Virus record (IMG/VR): IMGVR_UViG_3300037484_000123
Coordinates: 1 to 24,828 of that record
Direction: 5' to 3' (one strand)
Origin: a virus
Taxonomy: Duplodnaviria; Caudoviricetes
DNA: 24,828 nt
Part shown: piece after piece, positions 6,775 to 14,573 of the stretch
Numbering within the stretch: position 1 is the stretch's first letter
How the letters are laid out: each line of letters starts with the position of its first letter
Position numbers and translations under genes: made by a program
The notes under the pieces: model-generated
Database searches by the model: none
What the model saw: only the letters and a program-made list of their open reading frames with translations
Told to the model about the DNA's origin: nothing

Positions 6775-8394
6775 ATGGCACGAGGCAGACGCATTAAGGC
6801 CCCTACCCCCCCTTTTGCTGCCACCAGTAATCGAGGTCGTATACCATCCGTGCCTACAGAAATCACAAAGGCCGTTCCTAGTAAGAGAAAAATACAAAAG
6901 GAGTTAGATACTCCTGTATTTGACTTCTCCCATCTCACGCCGGAGCAAATAGACGCGAGACTCGAAGAGCTTCGTATCGGGATGGCCGAAGACGACGCGA
7001 AACTCGCGGCATTCCGTGAGGGGAATAAGATCGAGTTCATCAAGCCGATCGAACCCTACCAGACGCGGATACTCGAATACCTCCATGCAGGGAAGAAGAT
7101 AATCAGTCTTGTCGGCGCGAACGGAATTGGCAAGACGCATCTCGGCGCAATGATCGTGGGGAGTGCGTGTTTGGGAATTCAGCCATGGGACTTGAAGCCT
7201 ACCGTGTGGGGAAAGCGTCCGGTCAAGTGTAGAATCATTTGCAGTGATTGGGAGAAGCACGCGGCAACGGTCATCGTGCCCAAATTGAAAGAACTGCTTC
7301 CTGCTGGCACCTATACGACATCGAAGAATAATGTCGGCGTCGAGTCCAAGTGGGACTTCGGCAACAAATCCTCCGTCGAACTCATTACTAACAAGCAGGC
7401 GACATCCGATCATGAAGGGTGGGAGGGGGATCTGATCTGGGCGGACGAGCCATTTGACCGGGATAAGTTCGTGGCGAATCTCCGTGGATTACGCAGGCCC
7501 CCGGAGAAGGGCGGGATGGGAGTGTTTCTCATTACGATGACTGCCGTAAGTCAGGCGTGGATATTGGATGACATCATTCTCAACAATGACCCGGCCTACG
7601 CGAGCGTCACGGAAATTCCTCAAGACGCAAACCCCCATCTTGGTGAAGAATACAAACGCATCTTCCGGGCGTCACTCAAAGAAGATGAGAAGATTGCACG
7701 CATCGACGGCGGGTGGCTGAATTTATTTGGCCTCATCCTGAAAGGGTTTAAGGCTGACGTTCACTTAATCAAGCCCTTCCTCATCCCGACTGATTGGCCC
7801 GTGGTGGCGATGATTGACTTCCATCTCGGCACACCGCAAGCTATTGGCTACTACGCCACCGACCCCGTAGGCATCACTTATGTTATCCATGAAGAGTGGG
7901 AATCAATAGGGGGAGAGGAAGTAGCCGATCTCATCATTCGCCACAAGAAATCTGACTCATGGAGGATCGAGGACGCCTTCATCGACCCACTATCCAAAGG
8001 GGATACGCAATATGTCAAGAATCGCTTTGGAGACGTGCCGGACTCTTTTTCCATCATACGGGATCGACTCGACCCCCATGGCATCACGCTCAGCGTCGCA
8101 ACCAAAGACAAGTCTTCCGGCATCCTTAACGTTGAGAAGATGTTGGTTGGTCCTAACGGCAGGCCAACCCTCTTTTTCTTTGCTGATCTCCCAGGGAATG
8201 TTGGCAAGATCCAGAAGGAAGGCCACGTCTGGGAGATTCAGAGATGGGTGTATGATGACAACGGGAAGCCTAAAGACGAGAACGATCACTTCATGGAGAA
8301 CCTCTATCGAATGACGCTGACTGGAGTGAAATGGACGCCAATGAGGGCGGGGGGAAGCGTGAGAGTGGAGAGTGAGTTTAATGTGTTTGCATAA
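6775..8394 (+). CDS. terL: Terminase large subunit
   Basis: Walker A GANGIGKT, Walker B LIWADE, coupling motif TMT, C-terminal nuclease motifs (MIDFH, FIDP, DENDH). Confidence 0.92.
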   Translation: MARGRRIKAPTPPFAATSNRGRIPSVPTEITKAVPSKRKIQKELDTPVFDFSHLTPEQIDARLEELRIGMAEDDAKLAAFREGNKIEFIKPIEPYQTRILEYLHAGKKIISLVGANGIGKTHLGAMIVGSACLGIQPWDLKPTVWGKRPVKCRIICSDWEKHAATVIVPKLKELLPAGTYTTSKNNVGVESKWDFGNKSSVELITNKQATSDHEGWEGDLIWADEPFDRDKFVANLRGLRRPPEKGGMGVFLITMTAVSQAWILDDIILNNDPAYASVTEIPQDANPHLGEEYKRIFRASLKEDEKIARIDGGWLNLFGLILKGFKADVHLIKPFLIPTDWPVVAMIDFHLGTPQAIGYYATDPVGITYVIHEEWESIGGEEVADLIIRHKKSDSWRIEDAFIDPLSKGDTQYVKNRFGDVPDSFSIIRDRLDPHGITLSVATKDKSSGILNVEKMLVGPNGRPTLFFFADLPGNVGKIQKEGHVWEIQRWVYDDNGKPKDENDHFMENLYRMTLTGVKWTPMRAGGSVRVESEFNVFA

Positions 8395-8406
8395 GGGGTG
8401 GCACCA

Positions 8407-8529
8407 ATGAAACTAATTATAGTGCTCCTAGCAGTATTGGTTCTGAGTGTTAGTTGTGTTTTCTTCACTTGGTTCCCATTTGGGATGACACAATCACAAG
8501 AAATAGCGGGGCAAGAAGAAGGAGAATGA
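8407..8529 (+). CDS. Small hydrophobic, probably membrane-anchored protein, 40 aa
   Basis: MKLIIVLLAVLVLSVSCVFFTWFPFG...; GGGGTG RBS; ATGA overlap with the next gene. Confidence 0.55.
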   Translation: MKLIIVLLAVLVLSVSCVFFTWFPFGMTQSQEIAGQEEGE

Positions 8530-8690
8530 AGATGCCAGCGGTAAGTGAGAAGCAGCGTAGACTCATGATGATGGCCCTCCATAGTCCAGGCAAGGTGAGG
8601 AAGAAGAATCGTGGGGTACTCAGTATGAGTAAATCACAACTCAAAGAGTTCAGCCATAAGAAGACCGTCCTCACGGGAAGGAGTCACTGA
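8526..8690 (+). CDS. DUF3008-like small basic protein
   Basis: MPAVSEKQRRLM...SMSKSQLKEFS resembles DUF3008; AAGGAG RBS; start 8526 or 8532. Confidence 0.6.
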   Translation: MKMPAVSEKQRRLMMMALHSPGKVRKKNRGVLSMSKSQLKEFSHKKTVLTGRSH

Positions 8691-8893
8691 TGAGTGGATT
8701 ATTCGGAAAGACCAGTGTGCCTACAGTAGTCACCACTCCTCCGAAGAAGACAGATGCGGAGATTGCGAAGGCCGCCGCCGATGCTCGCCAGCGTCTACGA
8801 GGGCAGCGTGGCAGACAGAGCACTATCCTGACTTCAGGTATGGGAGTGGCGGACACGGCGACCACACAAGGTAATACTTTACTCGGAGCGTGA
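8690..8893 (+). CDS. Small pre-portal virion-associated protein
   Basis: RGRQSTILT...TLLG pattern, typical of the small gene before T7/BPP-1-type portals. Confidence 0.7.
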   Translation: MSGLFGKTSVPTVVTTPPKKTDAEIAKAAADARQRLRGQRGRQSTILTSGMGVADTATTQGNTLLGA

Positions 8894-8894
8894 A

Positions 8895-10553
8895 ATGCCT
8901 GACGTAAATAGAATCATCAAGCGGTACGACCTCCTCATGGGGGATCAGAGTGGGTACTTCGCCACGCTTCAGGAATTGGCCGACTACATCCTCCCTCGTA
9001 AGCGTGGAATCACGTCGCAGATTTCCAAGGGCGCGAAGACCATGGATAAGGTCTTCGACTCCACGGCGATTCATGCTAACGAACTCCTAGCGGCATCTAT
9101 GAGTGGGAGCTTGACTAATCAGTCATCCAAATGGTTCGGTCTGAAAATACGCGGCGAGGATGAGGTAGCGAATCGTGAGGTGAATCTGTGGCTTGACGAT
9201 TGCGCAGATCGAATGTTGAGGGCGTTGACCCAATCCAACTTCTACTCTCAGATTCATGAGGTGTGGACGGAGTTGGGAGCACTCGGAACCTCCGCGATTC
9301 TGACAGAAGAGAAACGTAAACTGTATCCAGGCTTCAATGGATTCCAATTCACCACGCTCGCCATGGGCAGTTATGTGATTGCTGAAGGTGATGACGAGAG
9401 GGTGGATACTCTCTTCAGGAAGTTTGAGTATTCAGCGCAGCAGGCAACGGAGAAGTGGGGAGTGAGTGCGGGAGAGAAGGTGAATAAGGCTATGGGGAGT
9501 GGGAAGCCTGACGATCTCTTCCAGTTTATTCACGGAATCTACCCTCGTCTCTCCGGTGACACGTCCGGTTGGAGTGGGGCCACGATGCCATGGGAGAGTG
9601 TCTACGTTGGCCTCTCTGACAAGAACCTCATCTCCGTAGGCGGCTTCCCTGAGTTCCCGGTTCAGGTCCCTCGCGCCACGAAGATAGCAGGAGAAGTGTT
9701 CGGCAGATGGTGTGGGCACACGGCACTTCCTGATGTAAAGACTCTCAACAAAGCCAAACAGATGGAGCTCGAAGCCCTGGCCCTCGTGATTAGACCTCCT
9801 ATCATCACTCGTGCAGGCGGAGTCATGGATGTTGTGAGATGGGTGCCCGGTGGCGGGGCAGTCGTCAAGGGTCCGGTACAAGACGCATTCATGGCAGCCA
9901 ATCTCGGTGCTCGCTTTGACATTGCACAAATCAAAGAAGACGAATTACGGGAACACATCAAAGAGGTATTCTTCTCGTCTCAGTTGCAATTCCCTCCGGT
10001 AGCCAAACAAGGAAACCCGATGACGGCCTCCGAAGTATTGATTCGGTACGAAATAATGCAGCGTCTTCTCGGTCCCACCTTCGGGCGTCTCATGTTTGAG
10101 CTACTCTCTCCAGGTATTGAGAGACAGTTCTCCATCATGATGCGCGCAGGAGCCTTCCTTCCTCCTCCTCCATCCGTAGTCGAGATTGCACAGAGACGCG
10201 GTGGTGACATCGACATTGAATATGAGGGGCCGCTGTCGAGGGCACAGAGAACGGGCGATCTCGATGCCCTCAATAAGTTCATGACCTTCCTCGGCCCCAT
10301 CGCCCAAGTAGACCCGGAGCAGCTCGATAATGTGGATATGGACGAGGCCACGAGGATAGGGGCGATAGCGACTCAGGTTCCTCCCAAGGTGATCAGAGAC
10401 AGGAGACAGGTGGCCCTCATGAGGAAGGCGAGACGTGAGGCGGAGGCAGAAGCCGAACAGCAGGCACAGATAGCAGCGATGGCAGATGTAGCCAATAAAC
10501 TCAGTGCTCCAGCTAAGATTATGCAGGAAATGGGTGCGGGGGCTAAAGCCTAA
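8895..10553 (+). CDS. Portal protein (head-to-tail connector, T7 gp8/BPP-1 Bbp21 type)
   Basis: FDSTAIHA...LAASM, VDTLFRKF, GEVFGR...ALPDVKTLN, MTASEV...LGP, IEYEGPLSRAQ; 552 aa. Confidence 0.93.
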   Translation: MPDVNRIIKRYDLLMGDQSGYFATLQELADYILPRKRGITSQISKGAKTMDKVFDSTAIHANELLAASMSGSLTNQSSKWFGLKIRGEDEVANREVNLWLDDCADRMLRALTQSNFYSQIHEVWTELGALGTSAILTEEKRKLYPGFNGFQFTTLAMGSYVIAEGDDERVDTLFRKFEYSAQQATEKWGVSAGEKVNKAMGSGKPDDLFQFIHGIYPRLSGDTSGWSGATMPWESVYVGLSDKNLISVGGFPEFPVQVPRATKIAGEVFGRWCGHTALPDVKTLNKAKQMELEALALVIRPPIITRAGGVMDVVRWVPGGGAVVKGPVQDAFMAANLGARFDIAQIKEDELREHIKEVFFSSQLQFPPVAKQGNPMTASEVLIRYEIMQRLLGPTFGRLMFELLSPGIERQFSIMMRAGAFLPPPPSVVEIAQRRGGDIDIEYEGPLSRAQRTGDLDALNKFMTFLGPIAQVDPEQLDNVDMDEATRIGAIATQVPPKVIRDRRQVALMRKARREAEAEAEQQAQIAAMADVANKLSAPAKIMQEMGAGAKA

Positions 10554-10807
10554 TGGATGAGAAAGAGAAACAAGTCCTGTCAGCCTACCTCACCTGGAGC
10601 GAGAGTGAGGTAGGGATCATTATGCTGAGGGACTTGCAGGAGACATACGGGATGCAGATAAGTCATACGGCAGGAGATCCCTGCACGACTGCGTTTCGTG
10701 AAGGAGAGAGGGCAGCCGGGTTGATCTATCCACTGCGGATGATTGCGAAGGCGATAGAAGTTCTACGCAACCCACAACCAAAGGAGGGGGAGAAAGATGA
10801 AGGCTGA
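10553..10807 (+). CDS. Bbp19-like small protein
   Basis: GIIMLRDL...TAFREGER motif; position between portal and scaffold. Confidence 0.7.
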   Translation: MDEKEKQVLSAYLTWSESEVGIIMLRDLQETYGMQISHTAGDPCTTAFREGERAAGLIYPLRMIAKAIEVLRNPQPKEGEKDEG

Positions 10808-11552
10808 ACTTTTACCAGAAGACATAAGGGGAGAGAAGAGCTTTGAGTCCATCAAGGGCGAGACGTGGGATGAGGCAGGCCCGGTGTTGGCTAAGTCATT
10901 CGTGAATGCGGAGAAGATGCTCGGAGGCAGGATTCCACTACCGACGAAGCCGGAGGAAGTGGAGGCATTCAGGAAAGACCACCTTCCCAAGCTCTACACT
11001 GCCGGAGTGCTGGAATCTCCGCCCGACAAGCCGGAGAACTACGGCCTGACCCGTCACGAGAAGATCGAAGAGGAGACGTTTAATTCCTTCTTGGCCCATG
11101 CCCACAAATCCAAACTTCCCAAATCCGTCGTGGCCGCCGTTCTCGATTGGTATGGGGGGTATCTGGGAAATATGGATACCGAGATCGAGAAGACTCATAC
11201 TGCCGCCGTCGAGGGGCTGAAGAAAGAGTTCGGAGCGGGGTATGATGAGAAGGTAGCAATCGCGCAGAGGGCGGTAGGGAAGTATGCGTCTCCTGCTCTC
11301 AAAGTGAAGCTCGACACCTTCCGTCTTGGTGACGACCCGGACATGGTGAAAATGTGGGTGGATTACGCCATGCTGAAGAATGAGGATGGGGTAGTCAAAG
11401 GGAGTCAGTCTTCATCCGTAGCGGGTGGGGACGTGAAAACCAAAATAGCAGCGATCAATAACAATCCCCAGCACGCTTATTGGAATGAGAAAGATCCCGG
11501 CCATAAAGCTGCTGTGGAAGAAATGTCTGCGCTATACAGACAACTCACATAA
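10797..11552 (+). CDS. Capsid scaffolding protein
   Basis: LAKSFVNAEKMLG, PDKPENY, LKKEFGAGYDEK, LGDDPDMVK, C-terminal YWNEKDPGH; synteny. Confidence 0.85.
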   Translation: MKAELLPEDIRGEKSFESIKGETWDEAGPVLAKSFVNAEKMLGGRIPLPTKPEEVEAFRKDHLPKLYTAGVLESPPDKPENYGLTRHEKIEEETFNSFLAHAHKSKLPKSVVAAVLDWYGGYLGNMDTEIEKTHTAAVEGLKKEFGAGYDEKVAIAQRAVGKYASPALKVKLDTFRLGDDPDMVKMWVDYAMLKNEDGVVKGSQSSSVAGGDVKTKIAAINNNPQHAYWNEKDPGHKAAVEEMSALYRQLT

Positions 11553-11565
11553 GGAGGGAAGGGAA

Positions 11566-11712
11566 ATGGTATTGAAGAAATTTGACACAGAGTTTGGTCA
11601 GGTGAGGGCAGAGAGTCAGGAAGAAGTGGATCTTTTGGTGAAGAAGCAGGGAGGAGATGTGGTGAAGGCTCCCAAGGAGAAGAAAGAGGAAAAGAAAGTG
11701 GACAATAAGTAA
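11566..11712 (+). CDS. Small charged hypothetical protein, 48 aa
   Basis: AAGGAGG RBS before MVLKKF. Confidence 0.65.
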   Translation: MVLKKFDTEFGQVRAESQEEVDLLVKKQGGDVVKAPKEKKEEKKVDNK

Positions 11713-11735
11713 GTCTGAATCTGGAGGGAGGGAAT

Positions 11736-12098
11736 ATGGCAAAAGGAATCATGCCGGAAGCGTTGGATAAAGAGGAGTATGACAGGATGGAGAAAGGATT
11801 GCCACCGATCCGTAAATCCAAAGTGGTAATCCCCCTTCCCAAATCCCCTGTCATCAAGGGTGTGATGCTTTACACCGACATCAATGATGACATGAAGAAG
11901 AAGCTGACGGCGATTGGTGCCGTGAGGAAGAATTACAAGAACGAGGACGGAGTGAGATTCGTCGGGTATGATGTAAGCCTATCCTTCAACGACAAATCCT
12001 CCGTCACGGGATGGATGGGGAATAAGGATTTCGTTATGCTGCGTCATGATCTCTTCATCGAAGGTAAGATCGACGTAGCACGTATTCTCGACATCTGA
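11736..12098 (+). CDS. Hypothetical protein, 120 aa
   Basis: ORF track; GGAGGGAGG RBS. Confidence 0.75.
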   Translation: MAKGIMPEALDKEEYDRMEKGLPPIRKSKVVIPLPKSPVIKGVMLYTDINDDMKKKLTAIGAVRKNYKNEDGVRFVGYDVSLSFNDKSSVTGWMGNKDFVMLRHDLFIEGKIDVARILDI

Positions 12099-12103
12099 CA
12101 GCG

Positions 12104-12230
12104 TCGGTCAACTCGAAAGAGTCCGAATGACCGTGGGGAAAGGCCCATAGAAGAGACTGCTTTATAGTCAATGGAAGGTCCGGGCGTCCGGGTAGCCCTC
12201 CGCAAGAATAAAACCTATACAAATTCTTGT
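12104..12230 (+). promoter_or_regulatory. Structured 5' leader of the capsid gene (five tandem hairpins)
   Basis: Hairpins at 12104-12126 (GAAA tetraloop), 12133-12148, 12155-12169, 12173-12201 and 12202-12230, ending at the RBS. Confidence 0.6.
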
Positions 12231-12245
12231 GAAGGAGAAACGACG

Positions 12246-13106
12246 ATGCCCGAAACAATCACAGAACCAATGGTGCAGCAATATCAGAATAACATGATTG
12301 TGCTGTGCCAGCAGAAAGAAAGTCGGCTAGAAGGAACCACCATTCCCCCTATCGCTATGCAGGGGGAATACCTCTATTGGGAGCGCATTGGTGCGACGGA
12401 AGCCGTTGACATGGTGACGCGCCACTCCGACACTCCCAACATCGAAGTGGACCACTCCCGGAGACGGTCTACCTCCGCGCCTAAAGTCTGGGCAACTCTT
12501 CTCGACACATTTGACATGGCTCGGATGCTGGTTGATCCTCGGAACTATTACAACCAGATTGCGAGCATGGCGTTCAAGCGTGCTAAGGATCGCCTTATTA
12601 TCGCGGCCCTTGGAGGCACATCGTATGCTGGAAAAGCTGGCACAGTGTCGGTTGTCCTCCCTGCTGCACAGAAGATCGCGGCCGGGACAGGGTTGACCCT
12701 TGCCAAACTACTCACCGCGAAGGAGATGCTTGACGAGGCCGAAGTGGACGAAGAGGCACCGCGCTTTATCGTGGTAGCATCGGCCCAGATTACCGACCTC
12801 TTGAACACAACGGAGGTGAAGAGTGCGGACTACAATACGGTCCGCGCCCTCATGGAAGGGAAAGTGGATACCTTCCTCGGATTCAAGTTTATCCGAACCC
12901 AACTCCTGACCATTGCTGGCGGAGTCAGGTATTGTTATGCCTACGCCATGGGAGCAGTTGGAATGGGAAGGATCAATGACATCCAGGCCCGGATCGACCA
13001 GAGGATCGACAAGAACATGGCTTGGCAGCCCTATGTGCAGATGGACATGGGAGCCGCCCGTATCGAGGAAGAGCGTGTCGTTGAACTGGCTTGTACAGAA
13101 ACATAA
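12246..13106 (+). CDS. Major capsid protein (BPP-1 Bbp17-like), 286 aa
   Basis: VQQY...QQKESRL, TRHSDTP, RAKDRLII, DYNTVRALMEGKVDTFLGFKFI, MGAARIEEERVV; AAGGAG RBS before ATG 12246. Confidence 0.92.
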   Translation: MPETITEPMVQQYQNNMIVLCQQKESRLEGTTIPPIAMQGEYLYWERIGATEAVDMVTRHSDTPNIEVDHSRRRSTSAPKVWATLLDTFDMARMLVDPRNYYNQIASMAFKRAKDRLIIAALGGTSYAGKAGTVSVVLPAAQKIAAGTGLTLAKLLTAKEMLDEAEVDEEAPRFIVVASAQITDLLNTTEVKSADYNTVRALMEGKVDTFLGFKFIRTQLLTIAGGVRYCYAYAMGAVGMGRINDIQARIDQRIDKNMAWQPYVQMDMGAARIEEERVVELACTET

Positions 13107-13134
13107 CGGAGTGGGTGAGTAGGTAGTTCGTAAT

Positions 13135-13217
13135 GGCTCTCCGGGTAATCCCTCAAGCCGTTGGAGGGAACCCCGGAGCCTGAGTTCTCCGGGTGAGTCT
13201 GAGAACAAAAAGGAGAA
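13135..13217 (+). promoter_or_regulatory. Structured intergenic element after the capsid gene
   Basis: CTCCGGG/CCCGGAG plus TCCCTC/GAGGGA hairpin; GTTCTC/GAGAAC hairpin; no U-tract. Confidence 0.5.
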
Positions 13218-13223
13218 TGAATC

Positions 13224-13982
13224 ATGAGAGACTTTAACAATGACGGGATTTTGATTGGGAAGCCGTACCAGGCAGTGAATGAGGAAAGCGAGATACAGAA
13301 GTACCCCATCGGGCTTGTCTACGAAGCCTTTGGCAAACGATGGAGATATTGCCGAGCCGCCGCGACCATCACTCCTGGCAAGAGAGGATGCCCCAACTTA
13401 GCCACCTCCCCTTGGACGGGCGGCGACGTGACTTACGGCATCGGGTCTGACATCAACACGGCCACCGGTGTGTTGGGTGGGAACTACCTCGACATCATCA
13501 CCAACGTGGCCCATGCGAGAACTCTCGACGAGTTTCAGGATGGCATCATCACGCTGTATCCCGCAGCCGGAATCGCCATCCATCAGTACCGCGTCATAGG
13601 GAATGACGTGGGTGTGGACACGACCCACTTCCGGCTCTACATTGATCCGCCCCTTGCCGCCGCAGAAGTGTTGACCCCCTGTGACATTTCTCCTTCTCCC
13701 TATATGAACGTGGGGGCACCGGCGAGTGTTGGCACCGCATTCAGCGTGGTCGTGGTGCCGGAGATCCTGGTCACGAGTGGGTACTTCTTCTGGGGCCAGA
13801 CGAGAGGCCCATGCTGGGTGACACCGAACGCAGGCTTCACCACGGCATCAACGAGAGAGTTGGAATGGCATACGAACGGCACTGTGAAAGCAGCCGCAGG
13901 AGTGGCACTCCAGAGGGCAGGGTATTTGCTTCATGGCAATGCCTCCGATGACGATTGCCATATCATGCTGTTGCTGGAATAA
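13224..13982 (+). CDS. Putative capsid cement/decoration protein
   Basis: Directly after the capsid gene; KYPIG...RWRYCRA and YFFWGQTRG motifs; beta-rich composition. Confidence 0.6.
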   Translation: MRDFNNDGILIGKPYQAVNEESEIQKYPIGLVYEAFGKRWRYCRAAATITPGKRGCPNLATSPWTGGDVTYGIGSDINTATGVLGGNYLDIITNVAHARTLDEFQDGIITLYPAAGIAIHQYRVIGNDVGVDTTHFRLYIDPPLAAAEVLTPCDISPSPYMNVGAPASVGTAFSVVVVPEILVTSGYFFWGQTRGPCWVTPNAGFTTASTRELEWHTNGTVKAAAGVALQRAGYLLHGNASDDDCHIMLLLE

Positions 13983-13991
13983 GGAGGAACC

Positions 13992-14144
13992 ATGGCAAAA
14001 GTAGACGATGTCACAACTCAGGAGATGGCAGACCTTCTCAGGTTCTTCGAGGCTGATCCAAGATTTCTCAGGCTCTTGTATCTTGCGAAGGACACCACTC
14101 TTGCACAGAAGATTGTGGATTTCACAGCGTTCATTAACGAATAA
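13992..14144 (+). CDS. Small hypothetical protein, 50 aa (MAKVDDVTTQ...)
   Basis: AAGGAGG RBS; not in the ORF track. Confidence 0.7.
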   Translation: MAKVDDVTTQEMADLLRFFEADPRFLRLLYLAKDTTLAQKIVDFTAFINE

Positions 14145-14180
14145 CCGGGGGGCCTCCGTCGATTGAACTGGCTGCCCGCA

Positions 14181-14216
14181 GGAGGGGGGGTTCCCTCCAG
14201 CCTCCCCTCCGTCTTT
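14181..14216 (+). terminator. Possible weak intrinsic terminator at the end of the head operon
   Basis: GGAGGGG/CCCCTCC stem followed by GTCTTT (poor U-tract). Confidence 0.4.
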
Positions 14217-14231
14217 AGAAGGAGAAGAGAA

Positions 14232-14561
14232 ATGAAACGATTACTTATCGTCTTTATTCTGCTAGTGATGACTATACCGGTGGTTACTTGGGCGCAGGGG
14301 TATGAGGCAGTTACGATCACCTCTGCATCCAAGGCTTTGACCTCAACTACCTACCTTCGCTCACGTTCTGCTCTATGTAGGCTGGAGACGGCCCCTATCC
14401 GCTACACGGTGAATGGGACTACGGTGCCGACTGCTCTAGTAGGCATCGTACTCTATCCTTTAGAGTGGATCATTCTTGAGAACACTGACCAGATTCGCAA
14501 CTTCCGTGGATTTGCGACTACGGCCACAGACGCGAGTCTGAAATGTTTCTATTTTGAATAA
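14232..14561 (+). CDS. Secreted small beta-rich protein, virion-decoration-like
   Basis: Signal peptide MKRLLIVFILLVMTIPVVTWA; IRYTVNGTTVPTALVG motif; AAGGAG RBS. Confidence 0.7.
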   Translation: MKRLLIVFILLVMTIPVVTWAQGYEAVTITSASKALTSTTYLRSRSALCRLETAPIRYTVNGTTVPTALVGIVLYPLEWIILENTDQIRNFRGFATTATDASLKCFYFE

Positions 14562-14573
14562 AAGGAGAATGCT

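Noticed and set aside
12171-12245. N-terminal extension of the capsid protein in the ORF track
   Set aside because: The strong RBS and family-like N-terminus are at 12246; the extension lies within the hairpin leader
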